DNA of 64,000 nucleotides from Dictyostelium discoideum. Lineage: Eukaryota. Each line of letters begins with the position of its first letter. The stretch's first letter is position 1. The notes beneath the pieces were generated by a model. The model saw nothing but the letters and a program-made list of their open reading frames with translations, was not told the origin of the DNA and did no database searches. This document shows positions 26,486-39,938 of the stretch, in pieces. The stretch is taken from NCBI GenBank assembly GCA_000004695.1, contig CM000151.3, forward strand, positions 4,640,001 to 4,704,000. Reading direction: 5' to 3'. A program made the translations under genes and the position numbers.

Positions 26486-27207
26486 TTAATATAAATGAAT
26501 AAACGAATGAATGTATTATAGATAATAAATTAATAATAAAAAAACACATACATTGTTTCTGGTTCTGGTAATTGTTCAACAGTGTATTGTTTAAATGTTG
26601 ATAAATCAAATTCTTCTTTTGATTCCCAACTTGAAAGGATTTCAATACTTGATTCTCTATTTCTTTGACGTCTATCATTCCAATATTTATTGTTTGAACC
26701 GAATCTACCACCACGCATACCACCACGACCACCACGACCACCTGCATTTGAACCACCTCTTTTGTTTTGTTGGTAAAATTGTTTTTGATAGGTTTTACCT
26801 TTATTCTTGAGTTTATTTTGTACTCTAGTGTAATCAACTAATGTGAATGAATCTTCATCATCTTCCAATTTAAATGTGAATGGATTGAATGCATTTGATC
26901 CATAATTTTGACGTTCTTTTTATTATTAAATATTATTTAGTTAGTAAAAAATTTATAGAAAATTATAAAAAAAAAATAGAGTTGTGTGGAGGGGGGGTGT
27001 GTGTTTGTGTGATTGCATTTCACAAACACACACATAAATGATTATGTACATGCGATAATTTCTAACATTAGAGTTCCAATCTGAACATTTACCAATTTTA
27101 TCACCTTTGCTAAATGGTGCATATGGAATATCTGTGAATTTCTCTAATTTTCCGACTGGACCCCAGCCAGTTGGATTGACTTTAATTGTATTCAACTCTA
27201 ATGACAT
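25266..27207 (-). CDS. eif3D: Eukaryotic translation initiation factor 3 subunit D (eIF3d), ~514 aa. CDS join(27207..27093, 26915..26552, 26429..25730, 25631..25266).
   Basis: Exon 1 MSLELNTIKVNPTGWGPVGKLEKFTDIPYAPFSKGDKI (donor GTAAAT). Exon 2 ERQNYGSNAFNPFTFKLEDDEDSFTLVD...RGGRGGMRGGRFG...SSWESKEEFDL...EPET (donor GTATGT). Exon 3 IGTYGQVKYYNKVYDRINAK...[33 protein letters not shown]...KLDSQRAAILATEIKNNSTK (donor GTAAAT). Exon 4 FAKWSIQSTLAGCEMLNLGFVSR...HVILGTQF...GKYLLHRDPNRNVINLYSVPE...acidic tail. Collinear with human EIF3D throughout. Confidence 0.9.
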
Positions 27208-27226
27208 GGTTATTTATGAATGAGTG

Positions 27227-27265
<39 letters not shown>

Positions 27266-27605
27266 TTTAAAAAAAAAAATTGAAAAAAAAAAAAAAAAAA
27301 AATTGAAAGTTTTTTATTTTTTTTTCTTTTTTATCTTCAAAAAAAAAAAAAAAGATTAAAAAATACGAAAACAAATAAAGAAATAATTTAGTTTTAATAT
27401 TAATATAGACAAATTAAAAAAAAATAAAAAATAAAAAAAATAAAAAAAATTTATGTTTAAAATTGTAATAATAATAAATTTATTATTATTTTCACAAACA
27501 TTTTTTTTTTTTTTTTTTTTGTCAAAACGCTAAATAAAAACAAATGAAAAAAGTTGGAAATGATGGAAAAAAAAAAAAAAAAAATTATAATATATATTTT
27601 TTTAT

Positions 27606-29305
27606 TTATTTTTTATTATCATTTATAAATTTAATTATATTATTTGATAAATTTGTAAAACTTGGTAAAATATTATTTTTAAAATTTTCTTCATCATTAT
27701 TTGAAATTGTTGGTAATTTTATATCAGTTTGTAAAGATTTTAATTGATTTAAAGTATTTGGTGATTCAAATAAAATATCACTACCAATTGATGATAAAAT
27801 TAAACTTTTTTGATCCATTGATAATTGTCCTTTTTCATTAGTTTGTTGTGGTTGTTGTGGTTGTTGTGGTTGTTGATATTGATCTTCATTTATAAATTTA
27901 TTAAATAAATTATTTAATGATAATTGTTTATTAAAAGTTTGAAATTCTAATGATTTTGTATAGATATCAAATAGTTGATTTATAGCTTTACGATAATTTC
28001 CACCCCAACTATTAAGTATATGATTACCATAGACTGATAAGATAGCTTCGGTTACTTTTGGTTGAATTTTAGTTGCCAAAATTTTACGCCATTTCCAAAG
28101 ATTATTTAAAGTTGAATTGGTTTGTTCATATACTAAAATATGTGCCCATTGTAGCGAGCCTATTAAATGTTTATCTTTTTCAATTGCTTTTTGTTGTAGA
28201 GAATCATTGAAAATCGGGTTAACAGTTTCCATATGAATTGCAATATTAAATGATTCCTTTAACGAGTTTTCAATGATTTCACCATGATGATTTGGTACCA
28301 TTTCAAATCTACCATTATCAGAATCAAATGAAATTGGTGATGAATTTAGTGATGTCAAATTATTCTCTTTTAAAAATTGAGTTAAACTTTTTTCACCACC
28401 ATTTAAATTCTTTGAAAGTAGTGCATTATTTTCATATAAATTAAATGGATATTCAAAGAATAATAAATGTGGAAATTCATCACTATTTGTTATAATATCA
28501 TTAATTGGTAATTGACCATTTTCACCATAAATCAATTCATTCGATGATATACCATATGATTGAATATTACCATTTTCAATTAAAAATTCAAGATGTGGAA
28601 ATATTTCATTTTTTAATTTTTTAATAATTTCATCTTTATTATTATTATTATTATTATTATTATTGGATGATGATAAATTATTTAAATCTAATAATAATAT
28701 ATCAATTGTATCTAAATATAAATCATCCAATGCAATTTTAATTTGATTATTTATATTTTTAATTGATAATTCATCAATATTTAAAAATGGTTTAGTTTTT
28801 TTAATATAAATTAATTCTTGTCTATTTATTTCACCTTTATCTAATAAATCTGATATTGTATCACAAATTATTTTTGTTTCATTACTTGATTTAATAACAT
28901 TACAACCATTTTTAATTGATTTAATTCTAAGTGTATTTTATTTTATTTTATTTTTTAAAAATTGAATAAAAAAATGATTAGAGTACTAATTTATTTATTA
29001 TTAATTTATTAATAAAATAAAAAGATTACTTACAATACAGCTTTATGTTCTGATTCATATTGTGTATAATTATCAGCATCAATTGCAAATCTACTTAAAG
29101 ATAAAGGTAAAATTTCATTATTTAAAGTTTTAAATGGTTGTTGTTTTGATAAAAGAAATGAACGAGTTGATGATGGTGTTCCTCCTTTTGCAATTGTTGT
29201 TGTTTTTGTTGTTGAAAAATTATTAAATTTATAATTATAATGCAAACTATTATTTAAATTTATAAATTGTTTTAATGAATTATTAATTTTAAAATTTCTA
29301 ATCAT
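27606..29305 (-). CDS. Hypothetical ~530-aa protein with a mitochondrial-presequence-like N-terminus. CDS join(29305..29034, 28926..27606).
   Basis: Exon 1 MIRNFKINNSLKQFINLNNSLHYNYKFNNFSTTKTTTIAKGGTPSSTRSFLLSKQQPFKTL...SEHKAVL (donor GTAAGT at 29033). Acceptor cttag at 28927. Exon 2 LIKSIKNGCNVIKSSNETKIICDTISDLL... continues into ORF 27606..28730. No recognised domain. Confidence 0.5.
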
Positions 29306-29445
29306 TTTATTATTATTATTATTTTAAATTTTATCAAAATGAAAAAAAAAAAAGGTGAATTTTTTTTTTTTAAAAAAAGAAGTTCGCCACTCGCATTGAT
29401 TTTTAAAAAATGAAAAAAAAAAATAAAATAAAATAAAATAAAAAA

Positions 29446-29496
<51 letters not shown>

Positions 29497-29647
29497 TCCG
29501 TTTTTTGTTTTTTGTTTTTTTTTGTTTTCAAGTGTGAATATATTGTTTGTGTGTTGATTTCATATGATCAAAAATTTAACCACAAGATAAGAAAAAGAAT
29601 CAGAAAAAGAAAAAAAAGAATCACATACAATAAAAAATAATAATCAG

Positions 29648-29678
<31 letters not shown>

Positions 29679-29716
29679 TATCAATTTTTGTATATAATAA
29701 TAATAATAAATAAATA
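29306..29716. promoter_or_regulatory. Putative bidirectional promoter between two divergently transcribed, probably mitochondrial genes (hypothetical gene at 29305 and mrpl13 at 29717)
   Basis: A 411-bp AT-rich spacer with long A/T tracts lies between the two start codons. Confidence 0.3.
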
Positions 29717-30400
29717 ATGTCAAGAGCAATTTTTAAAAATCCATTAACATCATCACATTTATGGCATGTTATTGATGCATCAGGACACAGAGTTGGTAGA
29801 TTAGCAACAAAGATTTCAGAATTATTAAGAGGTAAACATAAACCAATTTATGATAGATCAGTACCATTAGAGTGTGGTGATTATGTCGTTGTATTGAATG
29901 CACATAAAGTTGAATTTACAGGTAAAAAATGGGACCAAAAAATGTACAGAAAGCATAGTGGTTATCCAGGTGGTTTAAAAGAAACCCTCGCAAAAGACAT
30001 GTTGGTTGAAAATCCAGAACATATCATTCGTCATGCAGTCATGGGTATGATACCAAAGAATAATAGTAAATTTTATTTAGGTAAACGTTTAAAGATTTAC
30101 GATGGAATTTTCAATCCACATCAAGGTCAAATCACAGCCACACCATCATCACCAATAGCATTAAATATCGGTCCATTCGTTGAAAAACAAATCGAACCAA
30201 CTCAAGAACAAATCGATGAATACTATGCTGGTTATAAATTACAAATTAATAATGATTCTCAATCTTTTGATCTCCTTGAAACTAAAGTTCGTTCACATAA
30301 AGATCAACTTAAACGTGAAAGAAGATTATTAAGAAAGAAAAGAGTTAATGAATTAAAACCATTAAGATCACCACCAAAAACTGAAGAAATTGATAATTAA
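29717..30400 (+). CDS. mrpl13: Mitochondrial ribosomal protein L13 (uL13m)
   Basis: WHVIDASGHRVGRLATKISELLRGKHKPIY...GDYVVVLNAHKVEFTGKKWDQKMYRKHSGYPGGLKE...IIRHAVMGMIPKN...LGKRLKIYDG aligns with bacterial L13 (DATGKTLGRLA...LRGKHK...GDYIIV.NA.KV..TG.K...K.Y..H.G..GG). Single exon with a C-terminal extension. Confidence 0.85.
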   Translation: MSRAIFKNPLTSSHLWHVIDASGHRVGRLATKISELLRGKHKPIYDRSVPLECGDYVVVLNAHKVEFTGKKWDQKMYRKHSGYPGGLKETLAKDMLVENPEHIIRHAVMGMIPKNNSKFYLGKRLKIYDGIFNPHQGQITATPSSPIALNIGPFVEKQIEPTQEQIDEYYAGYKLQINNDSQSFDLLETKVRSHKDQLKRERRLLRKKRVNELKPLRSPPKTEEIDN

Positions 30401-30476
30401 TTAATTAATTTTTTAAAAAAAAAAAATAAAAAAAAAAAAAAAATAAAATAAAATAAAATTAAACAAATAAATAAAA

Positions 30477-30510
<34 letters not shown>

Positions 30511-30596
30511 ACATCGCACATTAATTTTTTTTTTTTTTTTTTTTTTCAAATATTTTTTTTTTTTTTTCAAATATTTTATTTGTTCATTTATTTTTT

Positions 30597-31839
30597 TTAT
30601 TTAATATTCCAAATTTTTGAAGATAAAAATTGATATGGTGGATTATCATAAATATTTTTAGTTTGTCTCATAATTATTGGACCAACCATTTTATAAAATT
30701 TATTGAAAGCTAGAAATGTTTCTTTTGAGATACAAATGTAATCAGAATCTAATTGTAAATTATCTTTTAATTGGTGAATTGGAAGACCATCAATTGTTTT
30801 AAAGAAACTAGTTGTAACTATATTTGAAGTTGGTGGTAAATTACTACCATCAATGAATCGTTTCCATTCAACAAACCAATTCATTGGTAATATAAAATAA
30901 ATTTCATTAGTACTATTATTAACTTTATTATTAATTGAACTTGAAACTTGATTAAATTCATTCTTTAATATCTCTAATCTTTCTAAATTTCTTCTTTCTT
31001 CTAAAACTCTCTTTAAATAATAAAAAATATTTATTAGTATATTATATATATATATTTTTCAAATTTATATACATCACCACCACCACGTTAAATACACTTA
31101 CATCATTTAAAAATAATTCTAATTCATTTAATCTATAAAATTTTGAATCAGCAATTAAACATTTAATATCTAACGAGGGTGGTATTGTGATAACACCAGT
31201 TCTTAAAAAGTTTAAAATTACATTGAAATAAACAGGATCTCTATCAATTAAGTAAAATCCATCATGATCTTTTTCAAATTTAAATTTCTTTTCTCCAGTT
31301 TCATTATTTATTGATGTTTCAAATTCATCATTCTCACCATGTTGAAAATTAACACCACTTTGTAAATTATGAATATTATTATAATATTTCTTTTTTTCAA
31401 TTTCAATTTGTTCTTCAACTTCATTTTTATTATTACTTGATGATGATGATGATTCTGATGTTGTTGTTTCTACAATAGTTGGTAAATTTTTATGAGTTTC
31501 TTGGTATTCTAAATCTTGTTTTTTGATTGACTTTAATTCATTTTCGCTAGTGGGTGGAGGCTTTGAATTTTTATTATTTGGTAGTGGTGGCGGTGGTTGA
31601 TTATCATCAAACATATTTTCAAACATTGATGATGGTTTTGATAAAATTTCAGTGATTGTTTTAGTTGTAATTTTATCATCATGTGCTATACCTGATAATA
31701 TTGAGTCACTATATTTATTTAATGTTTTCCTTCTAACAATGAATGGTTGACCACCAACTTTTATTCTAACCCAATGTCCTAAATGAAATAATGAAACATT
31801 TTTTTGTTGATGTTGTAAATTTTGATAAATATCATTCAT
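30597..31839 (-). CDS. BTB/POZ (KCTD/T1-type) domain protein with a DUSP-like C-terminal domain, ~383 aa. CDS join(31839..31102, 31010..30597).
   Basis: Exon 1 ...HWVRIKVGGQPFIVRRKTLNKYSDSILS...FYLIDRDPVYFNVILNFLRTGVITIP...LND (donor GTAAGT). Exon 2 RVLEERRNLERLEILKNEF...ILPMNWFVEWKRFIDGSNLPPTSNI...DYICISKETFLAFNKFY (DUSP-like W..W..FID...P motif). Confidence 0.6.
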
Positions 31840-31902
31840 ATTCTTAAAATTACTAAATGTTTTACTATAGAATAAAATAAAAAAAATTAATAATAATTAA
31901 TA

Positions 31903-31911
31903 GCAATAATA

Positions 31912-32003
<92 letters not shown>
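31903..32003. repeat. (AAT)n microsatellite, ~33 units, intergenic
   Basis: Visible directly in the sequence. Confidence 0.95.
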
Positions 32004-32654
32004 TAAATATTTACATTATTGAAGGTATAAAACCAAATAATATTTTAAACATTTTTATAATTTATTTTTTTTGTTATCTGAGTTTTCTGTTTTGTGTGAC
32101 TACTTTTTTTTTTTTTTTTTTATTTTTTTTTTTTTAAAAAGGTGGTGAGGTGTGTTAACTTCAATCTTTTTAAAAATATTTTTTTTGTTTTTTTTTTTAT
32201 TTTGTAATATCGCCAATAATTTATATTTTTTTTTTCCTTTATTACTGGTAAATAAATATCTTTTTTTTTTTTTTAAAAATTTTAAAATTTTTTTTTTTTT
32301 TATCTTTGCTGATAATTTTATATCTATTTTAGATTTTTTAAAAACGATAAAAGGCAAAAGAGGTTAATTAAGATTTGGTATAAATAGTTAAAATGTTAAA
32401 AGAAAATTAATTAAAATAGTAAAATTTTTGCCAAAATAAAAAAAATAAAATGGAATAATTTTTATTTTTTTAAAACATTTTGTGTATTTTTAAGTGCTCT
32501 ATTTATCGATACTAAATTCATACTAAATATAAAAATAATTAAATTTTTGTTTAAAAATAAAAATAAAAAAAAAAACCCCAACGAAATGAAAAAAATAATG
32601 AAATTTTTTTTTGGGTGTTTGGATGTTATTATCATAAATTTTAATAAAATGTTT

Positions 32655-32695
<41 letters not shown>

Positions 32696-32729
32696 TTATT
32701 AATTATTTTAATTCATCACCACACATAAA

Positions 32730-33098
32730 ATGAATAATTATAACAATGAATTTTCATTTGAAAGATTATTTTGGAAAGTTTTTCATAATAAATATTTATT
32801 AAATTTAATAATTCATCATATAGAAAATCAAAATATTGAATATTCAATTGAAGATATTAATAAATGGTATGTTGGTAGTAGAATCAAATGGAAGGATATA
32901 AAATCATTGGATTGGTTAGTTGAAAAACAACAATGGTCATTATTAAAATGTAAATTAGAAGCAAATGAATATATTCATGTTAAAGAATCATCATTACATA
33001 AAATCATTCAATATTGTGATAATGATGAATACTTGTTAGAATTATTTTATAATAAATGTTATGAACAAATTAATAATATTATAAATGGTAATAATTTC

Positions 33099-33132
<34 letters not shown>

Positions 33133-35215
33133 GTAATGGTGATAAATTTATATTATCAAAGTTAATAACAAAATATAATAATTTAATATCAACTAAAATT
33201 TTATTACTAAAATTGAATAACCATAATAGTAAATTAATAAAACCAACAATAACAAATACATTATTATTAGAATCATTCAGATCATCAACTTTAGAAATTG
33301 TAAAATTATTATATGAAAATGCTCCAAAAAAAGAGATTGAAAATACAAAGAATCTTTCAATTAAAAGGGCAATTTCTAATATTAAATTTAGCAATCAAAT
33401 AATATCATTCTTGCTAAATGATAGTAATTATTATAATAATAATAATAATTATAATAATGATAATGATAATAATGGTAATACTGATGATAGCAATAATAAA
33501 ATTAGTATATTATCAATATTATCATTAAAATCAATTGAAATTCAAAAGAAAATAATTTCATTAGGTTATGCTTCACCCCCTTTATTAGTTTTTTCAAATA
33601 TTACTTTTAATAAACCAATTTTACAAATGACAATACCAGAATTAATACATTATATTGAAATTATTGAAAAGTATTTTCTATTAAATCAAAATAATAATAA
33701 TAATTTTAAACAAGTAGAAGAAGAAGGAGAAGAAGAGGAAGTAGTAGAAAATAGAGATAATAAAGATGAAGAGAATAATAAAAATCAAAAATTAGAAAAT
33801 TTAAATAAAAGACAATTATTAATAATTTTAATAAAAATGATGGAATTTAAACAAGAATTTTATGAACCTTATTTATATAAATATCAAGAATTTATTAAAA
33901 TTGGTAATATTAAAAGTAATTATAATTATAGAGGTCAACAATCAGTTATTAAATATACTTTTTCAAGATTCGATATTAAAGGTTTAGAATATATTATAAA
34001 TAATTATAATCATTTTAAAGAATATCCATTCAGAGATAAAATTGATTATAGTAAATCATTTAAAGAATTTGAGGATAATAAAGAGTATCAAGAAGAAAAG
34101 ATTATAGAATTTATAAAACTATATTTTAATAGAAAATTAACATTCTTTAAAGAATGGAAATCAATGTTTCAATTCATAATATCAAATTATAGTATAAACT
34201 TAATAGAAAAGTTAACGAATATCAGTGGTATTAAATTAAAGAATTTAGTATTCACAAATTTATTGGGTTTATTTAACTCTTTTATAAAATATAAATGGTA
34301 TTTTTTAAATGTTGTAATTCCAATACAAAATGAAAACTATAAATTAAATAATATTAATAATAATAATAATAACAATAACAATAATAGTAATAATAGTGAT
34401 AATAATAATAATAATAATAATTTAGCAATTGGGAATTTAATGTTTCAAGAGAAACATGAACAAGAAATGAAAATTCAAACTATATATAGTGGTGTGTTAT
34501 CAACAAAGGATATGATAGATTTTATAATAGATATAGTTTTTCCAATCAATAAGACTACTACTATTAATAATGGTCAATATCAATATTTAGCAATTGAAAC
34601 ATATGAATTGGCAGAATATGCATGTTTTGAGAAATTAAAATCATCAAAACCAATACCAGAATTATTCTATTACTCTTTTCATCAATCAATAATTCAGTGT
34701 AATTTAAATAATTTAAAAAAGTTTAAAAATATACAATTTGATATTATTAATAGTTTTGGAAATTCATTTTCATTCAACCTAAATGATCCAGAAAAAGAAA
34801 TCAATCAATTAATTTCATATTTAAATGAAAATAATTATTCAAATTTTACTAAAAAACTATTTTCAAATTTTATTGAAAAATTAATTGACCAACAACAACA
34901 AAACACCAATTTTAGAATAAAGTATATTAATTTTAAAGGATTTGAAAATATAGAAATGGAATTATTATCAAAGTATATAATTGAAATGAAATTTGGATTT
35001 TTAAAGACACTAATTGAATCAAGTGATTCTAATCTATTATTAAAAATTGAAAAGAATTATTTCCAAGATCAAATGAAACGTTTGCGTATAAAATATTATT
35101 TATATAGTAGTAAAGGAATTCCTTTCAAATTTAAATCAACAGAATTAAAATCTGATTATGTTATTGAAATTATTAAATTTTTAATTCTAAAAAGAAATCA
35201 ACAATTTCAAATAAC

Positions 35216-35313
<98 letters not shown>

Positions 35314-35987
35314 GTGGTAATATTTCTTTCATTTTCAATCATTTATATAAAAGATTATTACAATGTGAAGATGTAACATTTGAAAAAGTAAAATATGTTC
35401 ATCAAGAGTTATTCAATATCAAATGTAAAGATAATGAATATTGTAGTGGTGGTGATATTGATATTGAAATTGATCATACTAATACTAGTAGTGTTGTTGT
35501 TTGTGATATTGTCCCTCAAGGTGAAAAAAGAAATGCAATAGAAATTGAAATTGAAGTATTTCATTTATTTTATTTTTTATCATTAAAATCAAGTAAATTC
35601 ATAAAATATATATTATCAAAAGCATCATCATATGAAATATTTTCAGATAGAAAGATTGAATATTACAGTACTTCAGATAGTTATAGATTGTATGTGGAAT
35701 TTGATTTAGGATATTATCTAAATAGTGACTCATTTTCATTCAATATAATTTTCAATACTTCAGATGATGACTTATTTAAATTATTAAGAGAAAAGATATC
35801 ATTATTACCAAGATTACTTAAAAATAGTTTATTATCATTATCAAATACAACAGCTTCAAGAAGATTTAAAACTAACAGATCCGATCTTATTGATATTGAA
35901 AGTGATAAAGAAGATTTCAAATTCCTTTTAGATACAAATCAAATCAAATTAGCAATTTCAATGATGATTGAATATGCCAATAATATA

Positions 35988-36047
<60 letters not shown>

Positions 36048-36440
36048 TCAACCACCAATGATAATAATAATAATTCAAATAATAATATTATTGACAATGA
36101 AAAATATTCAAATTTAATAACTCATTTTTCATTTGATTTGGTTGGAATTATAAATATTGAAAATTATAATGAAAAGGTATGGTTTGAAGAGTTTTTATTA
36201 TTTTTAAAGAATAGATTCACAAAGATTGAAATTAGTATTTTTTATAATATGATGTTAACATCTGTACTGGAAAAATCAAGACTACAAATGATAGACTATC
36301 TTTTAACTTCAAATTGTTTACTAGAATGTAACGTAATCTCATCAGAACTTTTGGAAATAATTAATGGTTTTAAATCTTATCATTTATCTATAAATAATCA
36401 TTTAGATATTTTAAACTATTTAAAAAAAAAAAAACTTTAA
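32730..36440 (+). CDS. Hypothetical 1236-aa Asn-rich protein, no recognised domain
   Basis: Single long ORF with several poly-Asn tracts. N-terminus FERLFWKVFHNKYLLNLIIHHI resembles the LFKRVWGN..IRKQIIFHLKIY block of the FNIP genes in this window. Confidence 0.6.
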
Positions 36441-36572
36441 AAAAAAATAAATAAAAATAATGTAATTATATGTATTAAATTTAAATGATTTATTTAATTC
36501 TTTATATTTTATTTATAAAAAAAAAAAAAACAAAAAAAAAAAACAAAAATAGATTGTTCAATTAATAATCTT

Positions 36573-36876
36573 TTATTTTTTCGAAAAGTATTGAGATATA
36601 TTATTGAAGTTATTATTATTATCGTAACCTTGATTACTTTGGAAATATTGAGTGATTACATTTGGATTGTTATCATTATTATTAGGATTATTGGTATTAT
36701 TTTTGTTATTATTGATATTATTATTATTATTATTATTATTGATATTATTATTGATATTATTATTGATATTATTGTTATTATTGTAATTGAGATTAAAATT
36801 AGCATTACCATGACTATTTAAAGTTCCAAAGTTATTTTGGTATTGATGGAATTTAAGATTTCTGTAATTATTACTA

Positions 36877-36908
<32 letters not shown>

Positions 36909-39392
36909 GTTATTATTGTTATTATTATTAATATTATTATTATTTTTATTATTTAAATAATCTTTAAAATTTGGATTAATATTTCGAAATGTAGTTTGAT
37001 TTTTAAAAATAGGAGGTGGTGGCGGTTGTGAAAATTGAAGTGATTGATAATTTTTCTTTTCTTGTTGTTGATCTTTTTTAGATTTATTTTTAGATTTTTT
37101 GGAATTAGAAGATTCTTCCTCATCGTCTTCATCATCCAATTGTTGTTGAAATTGTTGTTGTTGTAAAACTGAAGGATCATCACCAATAATTGAGAAAACC
37201 AATTCGTCTGTATCTTCTTTCTCCAAGTCAATTGTACCATCTTTTCCAATGAAATATTTATTGATTGTATTAACCCTACCTCTCATATCCAAGTTTTGAG
37301 TATGTAAAACCTCTTCTTGTCCATCCAAAGTTTCACCTAAAACCTCGAGTTTATTACAAATGGTTGGCCAAATCCTATCGTCTAGTGTATTCTTACCAAT
37401 TAAGTAATGAATATAACATGTTTTAGTTTGACCAATTCTATGAATTCTATCCTCTGCTTGACGTAATACACCGGGTGTCCAATAAAGTTCAACAAAAACA
37501 ACTAAATTCGATGCTGTTAGTGTTAAACCTGTACCTGCTGCTGTGATACTGAGTAATGCAACTTTACAAGATGCATTATTTTGAAACTTTGTAACGAAAG
37601 CTTGTCTTTGAACTGCTGGTGTCGAACCATCAATACGAATATACCCAGCTCCTGTACTCTTTATTGCTTCCTCTAAACCATTCATAATATCAGCATGATG
37701 AGCGAAAACTAAAAACTTTTCATTCTTTTTAATTAAATTTATAATATAATCACTTGATGCTTTTAATTTGGCTCTACCAGTTTCAACATAAAGGTGCATA
37801 ATTTTATCTTTTTGACCACCACCGCCACCACCACCAATACTATTAGCATTTGGTTGTTTTTGAAATTGTTGAATCATTGATAATTTATTTGATTTTGAAA
37901 ATACTGAACCAACTTCATTTTGAACATCTTTTGGAGTTGGTGTATCAACCACAACTTTTATTCTAACTTTTGGTGGTAAATCCTTTAGCACATCATTTTT
38001 TAACCTACGAATCATAACACCACGAATCAAAACATATAGTTCTTGAAGATGTGAATTACCAGTATAATCCCAACCATAGATTCCTTTGAAAGCATTACAA
38101 TAACGTAAACCAAAATCATTTAATGTTGGATAGATTGAAGCACCCAATGCCAACATTTGAGGAAACAATTCGACAGGTCTTGATAAAGCTGGTGTACCAG
38201 TTAATAAAATTCTAATCTTTGCAGTGTGAACCAATTTCAAAACGTTTTTAGTTCTTTTTGCTTCGGAATTTTTCATATAATGAGATTCATCACATATTAT
38301 AGCCTTGAAAGCTCTTGGTAATAATTCTTTCTCTAATAATCTACCAACTAAATCATAGGAACATATATTGACCATTGCATTTGCTTTATCTTCACCAGTC
38401 ATAATTACATTGATATCGACCGAGGGAAACCATTTCTCAACCTCTTTTGACCATGATAATCTTAATGATGATGGACAAATGATTAATAGTGGCCATTCTG
38501 AACGATAATAGGATGATATTGCCAATGCTTGAATGGTTTTACCCAAACCCATCTCATCACCAATTAAACATTTACCTGACAATTGTTGAGTACAAAATGA
38601 TAATGATTTCATTTGAAATGGAAGTAAGGTTGAGAATAATTCAACGGGTATTCTAGTACAATCGAATGGTAATTTACATTGAAATGCTCTCTCTTGTTGA
38701 TGCTGTAATTGTTGTTTTTTGGTTAACTTTTGTTTCTCAAGATACCATGGATCATGAAGATATCTAAATATTTCTGTTGGAATTGTATTCAATTGAAATC
38801 TTGAGCTCGTACGACTTTGTAATCTTTGTAACATTGTCACTAGGTTTTGGTATTCCGATTTGGGGAATTTCCAAATCTCTTCTTTCTCAAAACGAGTTCC
38901 TTTGGACTGTTTAAATTGTTGTAATATCTCTTCAGTTTCACCCACTATCGGTGGTACAGGATATGTTGTACCAATGATATCTAAATCATATAATTGAAAA
39001 TCAATAATGATTTGATGTGCTTGATTTCTCTTTGGTTTAATTTTACTCATTGGTTTATTATTTGGATTATTCCATTTTAAATCAGTATCAATCGATTCAA
39101 CTCTATAACTTCTTTTATTAATTTGATTACTATCTTCATTGTTTTTAATTGTATCATTAAATTCATTTGTTACATCTGGTATCTCTATTATATCTGAATC
39201 AAATGCTAATCTTGTTTTTTGTTTATTTATTGGTTTTTGTTTATTTGATATTTTACTATCAATAATATCAACTTTATCTTCTTCATCTTCAATTTCAATT
39301 GGTATACATTTAATTCTATCATTATTTTGTTTTTGTTTTTGTCTTTGTTGTTGAGGTTGAGGTTGTTGTTGTGGTTGAAATTGTGGTTGTTC

Positions 39393-39423
<31 letters not shown>

Positions 39424-39859
39424 GTTTCTTGCTTTTTCTGTTGCTGTTGTTTTTGTTGTTGCTGTTGTTGTTGCTGTTGCTGATGTTGCTGCTGTTGTAT
39501 TCTTAATTCTCTTTCATTTTTACTTTTTTCAAAAATTTCATCATAACTATCTGTTATAATATCATCATTAAAATCTATTGACATATTGTTAGTGGAAGAA
39601 GGTGTAGTTGTTTTTGTTGGTGTAGTTATTTTTGTTGGTGCAGTTGGTGAAGTTGGTGAAGTTGGTGAAGTTGGTGAAGTTGGTGAAGTTGGTGAAGTTG
39701 GTGAAGTTGGTGAAGTTGGTGAAGTTGGCTCAGATGGTTTAACTTTTGGTTTAAATGAAATTTCAGGTTGTTTTGATTGGAGAATTGGTGATGATTTGGA
39801 TTGAGGTTTTGATGGTGATATATTGTTGTTTTTTACATTATGTTGTTGTTGATTTATAA

Positions 39860-39938
<79 letters not shown>

